From IMG/VR virus record IMGVR_UViG_3300045988_136351: a DNA stretch of 20,450 nucleotides. One strand, 5' to 3'. The notes under the pieces were generated by a model, which did no database searches, was not told where the DNA came from, and saw nothing but the letters and a program-made list of their open reading frames with translations. This document shows positions 7,045-14,172 of the stretch, one piece after another. Position numbers and translations under genes: made by a program. The stretch comes from a virus. How positions within the stretch are numbered: the first letter of the stretch is position 1; each line of letters begins with the position of its first letter.

Positions 7045-8251
7045 ATTTATCTTTGATATAGTCATATATCTCACGTGCTTTAGTTCCACGTTGTGGCTGG
7101 TTCGGGTCGGCTGGTCTTTCATAGTTTGCTAAAAACTCAATCGCTAGTGTGTACGGGTCAGCAGTCGATTTTGAAAAACTCGCAAAACTTTCGGGGTAGG
7201 TTGCTGTAGCAATCCATTGTTGATTGTTTTCCATTTCCCATTGGATTCGCTCGCATTCACCTTGACCAAACTTAGACACATCCGGGTAATATCCTTTTTC
7301 TTTTAGCCAGTCAATTATCTTTGTCCAAGGTGTCCATTGTACTAATCCGTACCCTTGAGACTCGACCGGTTGCGCAAATGGTACATCGCCTTGCCATCGG
7401 TTGGGGTTTACTGTAGATTCATAGAATGAGTTTCCTAAGATTCCAGCAACCGCGTTTGCGGTCCACCCTTTCGCTTTAAAAAACTGCCAAAAAGCAACCC
7501 AATTGTTTTTAGACTCATCTTCTGTAAGTGGTCGAGTGTTATTAATATCACCTGGTATAATCCATTTACCAACTGGCGCTGGTCCTGGCCCTGGTTGGAT
7601 TTCTTCTTTTGTTTTATAAAAACCAAAATCAATACCTAAACCATCTAACATAAAATAATGTTTAATATATTTGTAACTTGGTTGTGGTGGTGTTGGTGGT
7701 TGTCCACACTCAAACGTTTTCCATTGTTGACCGTATCCATTTACAATATTCGTATCATTCACATAAAATACATTATTCGGTAATTCTGAACCACTTAACG
7801 CATAACATTGATTACCATACCTACATGTAACACCATAATAAACGAGTCCCGCGTTCTGTGTAAATGTTTGGTCGATATGACAGTGGTCACCGGTAGCCAT
7901 CCCAGCCGTACCCGTATGATAAATTAGATCACCTTGTTTATATTGTGTAGCTGTTGGTGGATTTGGGTCATGAGTAAAACTAACTGTAACATAGCTTAAT
8001 CCGTTTGGTGTCCATACGGGATTATCTGAACTATAGGCGCGTGTATTACCTTGGTTATCACTATAACATAAATGACAACTAAATGGAGCATACACGGGTA
8101 CACGAACCTGCCCACTAATTGCATTGTCGAAGGGATGTCCACAACAGTGTGAATCAGCTGTAGGACTTGACCATTGCGTAATGTTCATTATTTCCATTGG
8201 AAAAAGGCAAACCTCATGCCCATCATGCATTAACTTTTGACCGGCTTTCAT
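7043..8251 (-). CDS. Tail-associated peptidoglycan hydrolase, phi29 gp13-like, with N-terminal M23-type peptidase and C-terminal lysozyme-like domain
   Basis: N-terminal half: FPMEIMNITQ ... GDLIYHTGTAGMATGDHCHID (M23 HxH signature). Pro-rich linkers GQPPTPPQP and QPGPGPAP follow. C-terminal half: GILGNSFYEST...GYGLVQWTP...FLANYERPADPNQPQRG (phage tail lysozyme signature). Confidence 0.88.
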   Translation of the reverse strand: MKAGQKLMHDGHEVCLFPMEIMNITQWSSPTADSHCCGHPFDNAISGQVRVPVYAPFSCHLCYSDNQGNTRAYSSDNPVWTPNGLSYVTVSFTHDPNPPTATQYKQGDLIYHTGTAGMATGDHCHIDQTFTQNAGLVYYGVTCRYGNQCYALSGSELPNNVFYVNDTNIVNGYGQQWKTFECGQPPTPPQPSYKYIKHYFMLDGLGIDFGFYKTKEEIQPGPGPAPVGKWIIPGDINNTRPLTEDESKNNWVAFWQFFKAKGWTANAVAGILGNSFYESTVNPNRWQGDVPFAQPVESQGYGLVQWTPWTKIIDWLKEKGYYPDVSKFGQGECERIQWEMENNQQWIATATYPESFASFSKSTADPYTLAIEFLANYERPADPNQPQRGTKAREIYDYIKDK

Positions 8252-8463
8252 AAATTTAACTCCTCCTCTATTATTGTTAGCTCGTGTAGTTTCTCTTTAC
8301 ATATATTATATCTTTCATAATCCACATCCTTTAGTATGTGCATAGCTTGCATGTAAAACTCGATGTAAAAATAAACGCTTAAACCTTCCGGTAAGCTATA
8401 TGGAATATCTTCCGGTTTTTTCATCTTATATATACTCGATAATTCGCATTCTTTTTTATCCAT
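8248..8463 (-). CDS. Hypothetical protein (71 aa)
   Basis: Strong SD AGGAGGT 7 nt upstream. The stop overlaps the next start (ATGA). Confidence 0.65.
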   Translation of the reverse strand: MDKKECELSSIYKMKKPEDIPYSLPEGLSVYFYIEFYMQAMHILKDVDYERYNICKEKLHELTIIEEELNL

Positions 8464-8492
8464 AATTAATACCTCCTACTATATAATAAAAT

Positions 8493-8516
8493 AAAACTAG
8501 CTTATGAGCTAGTTTT
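8493..8516 (-). terminator. Intrinsic terminator overlapping the stop of ORF 8509..8784
   Basis: Stem aaaactagct / agctagtttt with loop tatg. The sequence downstream on the - strand is T-rich. Confidence 0.65.
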
Positions 8517-8784
8517 TTTCTAAAATAATGGAAATACACGCGTCAAGATAGCATTGCCCTTTAATAGGCGTATCTGTTTTAAGCTTAGCGAAATATGGTA
8601 AATATTTCATAGCTAATTGAGTTGTTGCGTTTTGTAATTCATCTTTTGTTGTTGTAACAGTCACAGTATCCAACATTAAATAAACATAATCTATTAATTC
8701 ACTTGTGGCTGGGTCTGTGTTTGGTTGCATTAATTTACACATGTTATTATTTAATAATGATCTCTTAAGTGTATATCCTTCCAA
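8509..8784 (-). CDS. Hypothetical 91-aa ORF, possibly the C-terminal fragment of a broken tailspike gene
   Basis: TTG start with only a weak AAAGG SD. Its frame opens just upstream across a T7 homopolymer (- strand; A7 at 8797-8803 on +), 2 nt after the preceding ORF stops. Confidence 0.4.
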   Translation of the reverse strand: MEGYTLKRSLLNNNMCKLMQPNTDPATSELIDYVYLMLDTVTVTTTKDELQNATTQLAMKYLPYFAKLKTDTPIKGQCYLDACISIILEKN

Positions 8785-8786
8785 AT

Positions 8787-9068
8787 CTAAACCTTTAAAA
8801 AAACATAATCAGAATAATAAGGTGCATTTGGTAAATAGCTAAAATTATAGTTAAAATAATAATCTAATTTTTTAATATTTTTATCTTTGCTTTCTGTCAA
8901 AACATAATAAGTTTGTCCATATTTATTAATTGAAACATTATTTTCAACGGTTTGTGTTGGTTCTGTGGTCCAAGGATAAATATTTTCGCTTGTGTCACTG
9001 TACTTTTGTTGGATTTCAACTAAATTAACTTTACCTGTACCGCTGTTGATAATAGGTTTTGTATCCAT
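8787..9068 (-). CDS. Hypothetical 93-aa ORF, possibly an internal fragment of a broken tailspike gene
   Basis: There is no recognisable SD before the ATG at 9068. It overlaps the end of ORF 9020..10165 in another frame. The beta-rich sequence IINSGTGKVNLVEI resembles a beta-helix rung. Confidence 0.4.
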   Translation of the reverse strand: MDTKPIINSGTGKVNLVEIQQKYSDTSENIYPWTTEPTQTVENNVSINKYGQTYYVLTESKDKNIKKLDYYFNYNFSYLPNAPYYSDYVFLKV

Positions 9069-10165
9069 AATATTGTTTTCAAGCCATAAACTACACTCAT
9101 TTTTGCATTAAAAATTGCATTCACTTTTAATGTTGAATATTTAATATTAACAGTTGGCAAAACCGTGTTATTTGTGCTATACACATCAACTAAATATTTA
9201 TTATTGTTTGAAATATCACAATTATTAAATGTTATTTGTTGTTTCTCCACACTACTTATATTCGGTAGAAGAAAGGTGTTTGCATTATCATAAGTACTAA
9301 TATAACAATTATTAAAATCAAAATTATCAAGCGAACCAAATAATTCAATTGTTCCATTCGGCTCAAATTTTGAGAAAGTGCAATTATTAAATATAAATTT
9401 ACCACCAATATATCCAGCGATAATACTAGTTCTTTGTTTATAGTCATCATCATAATAAAATAATGTTTTATTAATACTATAAACCACACCATTGAATTCA
9501 TTAGTGGCATTAATAAGTTGTGTATTTTGCAATTTACATTCATCTAATAATAAATGCTCTAGCGTGTTAGTTCTAGATGAGATATTATTAAATAAATAAT
9601 TAATATCAACAAAATTACAATGCTTAAATTGAGATGAAAAAAAGTTTTCAGTTAGCGGTAAATTACTTTGTACATCACGCCCAAATGCGATATTACTAAA
9701 CACACAATTTTTTATTTGTTTTGTAAACGTGTTGTTGCCTAATATAATCGTGCTATTAGTACCTATTATATTTGTATCACTAATATTCGTTAGAGTTCCA
9801 TTAATTAAATACATTTTATTACTTAATAAAATATATTTATGGTTTGCGTTTGCACTACCAAAACATTCAGTAAATGCCCTGCTATCATCCGTAACACCAT
9901 CACCTACAGCTCCAAAGTTTTCGGGTAATAAGAAAGGAAAATCATTATTTTTTGTTACTTCCTGCCATAGTGTGCTTTTAAAAGTTTCTAGATTCATGTT
10001 AACTAGATCCTCAACCGTTGTGTTTAATGTTGGTTGTAATTCGGTCCATTTTTCATCAAACTTAGTATTTGTTGTTGTTTGAGCCAGTTCAATAACTTGA
10101 GGTTTTAACTCTTCCCATTTTTCATTGAATGTTGTTGTATGATCGTAGGTTTTAATTTTTCCCAT
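9020..10165 (-). CDS. Tailspike / pre-neck-appendage-like protein, right-handed beta-helix (pectin-lyase fold) part
   Basis: ENFGAVGDGVTDDSRAF is the classic N-terminal motif of pectate-lyase-type beta-helix tailspikes, and N-rich rung-like repeats follow. The ATG at 10165 abuts GAGGA with zero spacing, which makes a poor RBS. The N-terminus continues the FNxxWExLKP repeat of the upstream ORF. Confidence 0.7.
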   Translation of the reverse strand: MGKIKTYDHTTTFNEKWEELKPQVIELAQTTTNTKFDEKWTELQPTLNTTVEDLVNMNLETFKSTLWQEVTKNNDFPFLLPENFGAVGDGVTDDSRAFTECFGSANANHKYILLSNKMYLINGTLTNISDTNIIGTNSTIILGNNTFTKQIKNCVFSNIAFGRDVQSNLPLTENFFSSQFKHCNFVDINYLFNNISSRTNTLEHLLLDECKLQNTQLINATNEFNGVVYSINKTLFYYDDDYKQRTSIIAGYIGGKFIFNNCTFSKFEPNGTIELFGSLDNFDFNNCYISTYDNANTFLLPNISSVEKQQITFNNCDISNNNKYLVDVYSTNNTVLPTVNIKYSTLKVNAIFNAKMSVVYGLKTILWIQNLLSTAVQVKLI

Positions 10166-10375
10166 TCCTCATTAAATTTATTAGTTGTTGTTTCTTCCAC
10201 TAATGTAATAACTTGTGGTTTTAAAATATCCCATTGTTTTTTAAATTCGGCGTCTGTTGTATCCTGTGCCAATTTAATAACAACCGGTTTTAAATCTTCC
10301 CATGCCTTATTGAATGTTTCAATTGTTAAATTTGTAACTAGTTCAATTACTTGAGGTTTTAGAATTGACCATTTA
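10032..10375 (-). repeat. Diverged 69-nt (23-aa) tandem repeat array spanning the 10105..10710 / 9020..10165 junction
   Basis: The Trp-codon anchor (CCAT on +) falls at 10045, 10114, 10161, 10230, 10299 and 10368. Spacings are 69, 47, 69, 69 and 69 nt. Confidence 0.85.
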
Positions 10376-10710
10376 TAGTCGAATTCCTCATCTGTCCATT
10401 CTTTCGTTGCTTGCTCTAATAATGGCACTACTGTATTCCATGCCTCAATTGTTTCATTCATAGCCGTTACGAGTGTATAAACGTACCCTTGTAAATAGTT
10501 TAAACATTGATAGACATTCATACCCGTATTGAATGCACTCACATATTGCTGAGCTAAATTCTTACCACTTAACTTTAAAGGCTCGAACTCCGGTAAAAAG
10601 TTATTGATCTCAAATTCTTCATGTAACTCTGAACCGGAAATACTTTCGCTTTCACTCGTCGATGTTTCACTTGAATTTAAAATATTTTGTTTTATTTTAT
10701 CAAAATCCAT
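10105..10710 (-). CDS. Fibre/tailspike N-terminal anchor plus repeat rod; paralog of 11826..12650 and truncated by a frameshift
   Basis: NFLPEFEPLKLSGKNLAQQYVSAFNTGMNVYQCLNYLQGY closely matches NFLPKFDEVKLSGKNLAQNYVSEFNTGMNIYQCLNYLQGY of the 274-aa protein. 23-aa repeats follow. The SD-supported ATG is at 10710; the track start is a GTG at 10719. Confidence 0.7.
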   Translation of the reverse strand: MDFDKIKQNILNSSETSTSESESISGSELHEEFEINNFLPEFEPLKLSGKNLAQQYVSAFNTGMNVYQCLNYLQGYVYTLVTAMNETIEAWNTVVPLLEQATKEWTDEEFDYKWSILKPQVIELVTNLTIETFNKAWEDLKPVVIKLAQDTTDAEFKKQWDILKPQVITLVEETTTNKFNEEWEKLKPTIIQQHSMKNGKS

Positions 10711-10711
10711 A

Positions 10712-11047
10712 CTATTCACCTTCTTTATATCCGATCAGTTCTTTTAGTTTATCCGGTAAGATATCACTATTGATTTTAGAAATGTTTTCGATAATACTAA
10801 CCACCTCTGTAATAATTGCATATGTACAAATAACCGGCACTAAATCAACTCCAAAAGGTAAAGTTAAATAAGTTTCCGCATAGTTAATAGCAATACCTAA
10901 AGTGTAACAAAAGATAAAGCCAACCTTTTTAAAAAGCCCGTCTCTTAATTTGTTCGATTTGATTTGTTCACCTTCTCGTAAAGCTCCAACGATACCTGTC
11001 ACCAAATCCAAACCATTAAAAACCAATGCTACTAAAATAATTTTCAT
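10712..11047 (-). CDS. Holin, three transmembrane segments (Phage_holin_4-like)
   Basis: MKIILVALVFNGLDLVTGIVGAL..., then GFIFCYTLGIAINY and LVPVICTYAIITEVVSII, with a charged C-terminus. SD AGAGGTGA lies 6 nt before the ATG at 11047; the track start is 11065. Confidence 0.8.
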   Translation of the reverse strand: MKIILVALVFNGLDLVTGIVGALREGEQIKSNKLRDGLFKKVGFIFCYTLGIAINYAETYLTLPFGVDLVPVICTYAIITEVVSIIENISKINSDILPDKLKELIGYKEGE

Positions 11048-11077
11048 TTTAATCACCTCTTTCATTTTCTATAATAT

Positions 11078-11106
11078 AAAAAAATAGTTGAATGTTCAAC
11101 TATTTT
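11078..11106 (-). terminator. Intrinsic terminator after ORF 11107..11826; second copy of the 32-nt element
   Basis: Sequence is identical to 7013..7044 (tataaaaaaatagttgaatgttcaactatttt). Confidence 0.75.
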
Positions 11107-11826
11107 CTAATTTCCTATTTTTCCTTGTCCTAACCATTTTCCATTTTTACGAATTCGGCTCGTACCTTGGTTTTCTTTTCCTACTTTATCATAACTATAT
11201 TTTGCTATATCCTTCCATGAGTTTGATTTTCGTATCTTTAAAAATCCACTGTCTTTATTCAATGATTTTAATACGCCACTTTTACGAATACCCCACGGTC
11301 TAAAGTCGGGAATAACTTGTTGAATACTGTAAATATTCGAGTGTGGAAAAGCTACATTCTCACCTTGTAATTCAATTTTAACGTGTGTAGTATCATTTGA
11401 TAATTGAATAAATTTACTCCACTGGCTCGCTCTTGCCGTACCATCCCATCCTTGCATATAGTTTAAAGGCATTTGTCCGGTATGCGTAAATATCTTTTCT
11501 CTTAATAATTGTGTCCATGTGGCTTGATTGTCTGTTGACTTAGAAACAATAATAAAATAGTTATATGTATCAGTAGTATCACCAACATAATAACCATCCG
11601 CCACATACTGCTGAGCGTCTGTTATAGCATATCCGACTAAATCTAAAATAAATGTTACACCATAATTTCCATTATCCGAGAAATTAATACCTTTACCATA
11701 TCCGGACGCGTGCGCTGTTGCTAATGGTGCTCCAAACGGTCCTGTGTTGTCCGGTGAGCCACCTAAAACAACATTTGCATACGGTCCGGTGTTATCAAAT
11801 GCACCATAAAAATATTGCCATGCCAT
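11107..11826 (-). CDS. Hypothetical structural protein (239 aa), candidate distal receptor-binding partner of the 274-aa fibre
   Basis: Its start overlaps the upstream stop (TAATG), implying translational coupling. It lies in the late structural block. The C-terminus has three IRK(S/N)(G/N) motifs. No family was recognised. Confidence 0.6.
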   Translation of the reverse strand: MAWQYFYGAFDNTGPYANVVLGGSPDNTGPFGAPLATAHASGYGKGINFSDNGNYGVTFILDLVGYAITDAQQYVADGYYVGDTTDTYNYFIIVSKSTDNQATWTQLLREKIFTHTGQMPLNYMQGWDGTARASQWSKFIQLSNDTTHVKIELQGENVAFPHSNIYSIQQVIPDFRPWGIRKSGVLKSLNKDSGFLKIRKSNSWKDIAKYSYDKVGKENQGTSRIRKNGKWLGQGKIGN

Positions 11827-12650
11827 TATACACCACCAGCCAAATCATTTTCACTAGTACCGTTATTTGTACGGATGTATGAACCGCCGTCAACACTTCC
11901 ACCAAAAATATTAATATTACCTGTAGCGATGTTTCTACCGTCTGTCATATGACCGTCAAAAATCGTATCACCCGTTTGTGTCCAAGCTCCACTATTCTTT
12001 AAGTTAGTTAACAAGATAGATAAATCGTCATACATTTTACCGATTTTAGAATCTTGATTATCAATATAATTATTAATAGTATTGTTAACATATTGCGTTA
12101 ACTCCGGTTTTAATTCTTCCCATGACTGGTTGAATTGATTGATTGTTGTTTGTTTCGTCAACTCAATCACTTGAGGTTTTAATTCTTCCCATGACTCATT
12201 GAATTGATTAATTGTTGTTTGTTTCGTTAGTTCAATAACTTGAGGTCTTAATTCTTCCCATTTCTCATTGAATTGATTAATCGTTGTTTGTTTTGTCAAC
12301 TCAATAACTTGTGGTTTTAATTCCGCCCAGTGCTTATCAAATTCACTTTTAGACAGTTCAATACAATATTTAATCATTTCCTCGATGTTTTTATTCCATT
12401 TTTTAACAACATCGTTAACAGCTTTAACCAGCCAACCAATATAACCTTGTAAATAATTTAAACATTGGTAAATATTCATACCCGTGTTAAATTCACTCAC
12501 ATAATTTTGAGCTAAATTTTTACCGCTTAATTTTACCTCGTCAAATTTCGGTAAAAAATTATCAATATCTATTTTGATTTCTTGGTTTTGCTCAAACTGT
12601 TCTTTGATTGTTTTACTTGCTGATTGTTTCTCTTTAGTTTTTCTTAACAT
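11826..12650 (-). CDS. Fibre protein with conserved N-terminal anchor domain and a 23-aa repeat rod
   Basis: Strong SD GAAGGTGGTGA. Repeat units are near-identical (WEELRPQVIELTKQTTINQFNE...). The N-terminal domain is paralogous to that of 10105..10710. It occupies the phi29 head-fibre/appendage position after the capsid gene. Confidence 0.7.
   Translation of the reverse strand: MLRKTKEKQSASKTIKEQFEQNQEIKIDIDNFLPKFDEVKLSGKNLAQNYVSEFNTGMNIYQCLNYLQGYIGWLVKAVNDVVKKWNKNIEEMIKYCIELSKSEFDKHWAELKPQVIELTKQTTINQFNEKWEELRPQVIELTKQTTINQFNESWEELKPQVIELTKQTTINQFNQSWEELKPELTQYVNNTINNYIDNQDSKIGKMYDDLSILLTNLKNSGAWTQTGDTIFDGHMTDGRNIATGNINIFGGSVDGGSYIRTNNGTSENDLAGGV
12106..12335 (-). repeat. Near-identical 69-nt tandem repeats (about 3.3 copies) inside the fibre gene
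   Basis: The anchor CCCAT/CCCAG on + falls at 12119, 12188, 12257 and 12326, exactly 69 nt apart. Units are mostly identical at nucleotide level. Confidence 0.9.
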
Positions 12651-12701
12651 GATCTCACCACCTTCAAATACATACTAATACAAAATAAATAAAAATAAAA
12701 G

Positions 12702-12729
12702 AAAAAGAGTTAAATTAATAACTCTTTTT
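12702..12729 (-). terminator. Intrinsic terminator downstream of the major capsid gene
   Basis: 11-bp stem aaaaagagtta / taactcttttt with a 6-nt loop, followed on the - strand by a T-rich tract. A GC-richer hairpin at 12766..12790 precedes it. Confidence 0.75.
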
Positions 12730-12805
12730 CCTAAGTTGCAATTTACCTAAATAATAGAAAGGAGGGGTGCCATGTTCTACTCATGACACCGATATTATAA
12801 CATAA

Positions 12806-14155
12806 CTATACGTTATATACAACCTTAATATCACAAGTTACCTCGGAAACTGTATCTTTAATTGTTACAGTTGCTAAACCTTCCGCGTCAATAGCCTCTA
12901 AACATTCAATTTTAACGTGTTTCAAATCGCTTTCGATTGTAGCTTTAACTTTATCATCAACACTAGATGTAGCCGTCAAACTATACTTAGCATTTAAACC
13001 ACTTGTCTGAACTGTAAATGGTACGGTAATAGTCGCACCTTTACGAACTTCAACAACTTGTGGGTTTGAGTAAATAGCTGTAACTTTTTCCTCAACATTT
13101 CCGGATACAAACGCAATCGCATTTGCAAAACGGCTTGTTGCGATACCTTCCCAGTGGTGCAAGAAGTAATTCCAATATAATCCTTTAGCATTATACGCAA
13201 CACCTACGCTATATTTTTGGTCAAATACTCTATAAATTTCTGAATCACACACAATTGCCTCAATAGTACCTTGTGCCGTGCTTGGTAAAGTCGGTAGCAC
13301 TAATACATGAGTTTTGAATTGTGCAAACTCTAATTGGAATGTCTGAGCTAACCAATCAATATTTAAGTAGCTATTTGTTTTACCGTTTAGGATGACATAA
13401 ATATCATCGTATTCGTTTTGCTTTGTGACAGCCATAGCGTTATATTCGTTTGTTGGTTCTGTTAAATAAGATACGTATTCTGTAATTTTACGCGCTAACT
13501 CTTTCGCTGTATCCGTATCTGTTACGGCGTTCGTATTTACGATCTTCATATGTCCATTTTCATAATGAGTGACTAAAGCGGATTTCATATAATTATAATC
13601 ATCCTTATTATCACCATTATACATAGAATCAACAATTCGAGCAATCAAACTGTTTACACCATCCCAAGTTACAAAATACTTTCTTAAATCATCATCTGTA
13701 ATTGTAGCTGGATAGTATGACTTTCTGTTTACTACATAGAAAGCTGTTTTAATGTCTGGTAAACTTCTCTTAAAAAGAGTGTTTTCCGCGTCCGCCTGAT
13801 CGTATGCGTGCTCTTTAGCGCACTCAACGAAATACTCTTCCATAGTATAACCTAAAGGCATGTTCTCCATTTTAAATGGCGCTAGTTTGTTCGTTAAAAT
13901 ATTACGGTGTGCAATCACTTTACCAATACGTGTAGCTAAATTCATGAACTCAACACCTAAAGTATCCGGATATTCTAATAAACCGTTCATGAACTCTAAA
14001 GAGCTTGTTTCGTTTGGGTCACTAATTGTACTTCTAAAATTGCTAGAACTCATTGCGTACATAGCACTGGCGACTTCTTGACCGGTTGGTTCATGGTCCA
14101 TACCTAAGTCATTTTGTAACGTTTTAGTTACGTCTTTTCCTGTTGTTTTTGACAT
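12806..14155 (-). CDS. Major capsid protein, phi29 gp8-like, with a C-terminal Ig-like (BIG2-type) domain
   Basis: GLYWNYFLHHWEGIATSRFANAIAFVSGNV parallels phi29 gp8 [30 protein letters not shown]. At 449 aa it is nearly the same length. The beta-rich C-terminal 90 aa are typical of BIG2 domains. Confidence 0.93.
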   Translation of the reverse strand: MSKTTGKDVTKTLQNDLGMDHEPTGQEVASAMYAMSSSNFRSTISDPNETSSLEFMNGLLEYPDTLGVEFMNLATRIGKVIAHRNILTNKLAPFKMENMPLGYTMEEYFVECAKEHAYDQADAENTLFKRSLPDIKTAFYVVNRKSYYPATITDDDLRKYFVTWDGVNSLIARIVDSMYNGDNKDDYNYMKSALVTHYENGHMKIVNTNAVTDTDTAKELARKITEYVSYLTEPTNEYNAMAVTKQNEYDDIYVILNGKTNSYLNIDWLAQTFQLEFAQFKTHVLVLPTLPSTAQGTIEAIVCDSEIYRVFDQKYSVGVAYNAKGLYWNYFLHHWEGIATSRFANAIAFVSGNVEEKVTAIYSNPQVVEVRKGATITVPFTVQTSGLNAKYSLTATSSVDDKVKATIESDLKHVKIECLEAIDAEGLATVTIKDTVSEVTCDIKVVYNV

Positions 14156-14172
14156 CTAAATCACCTCTTTCA

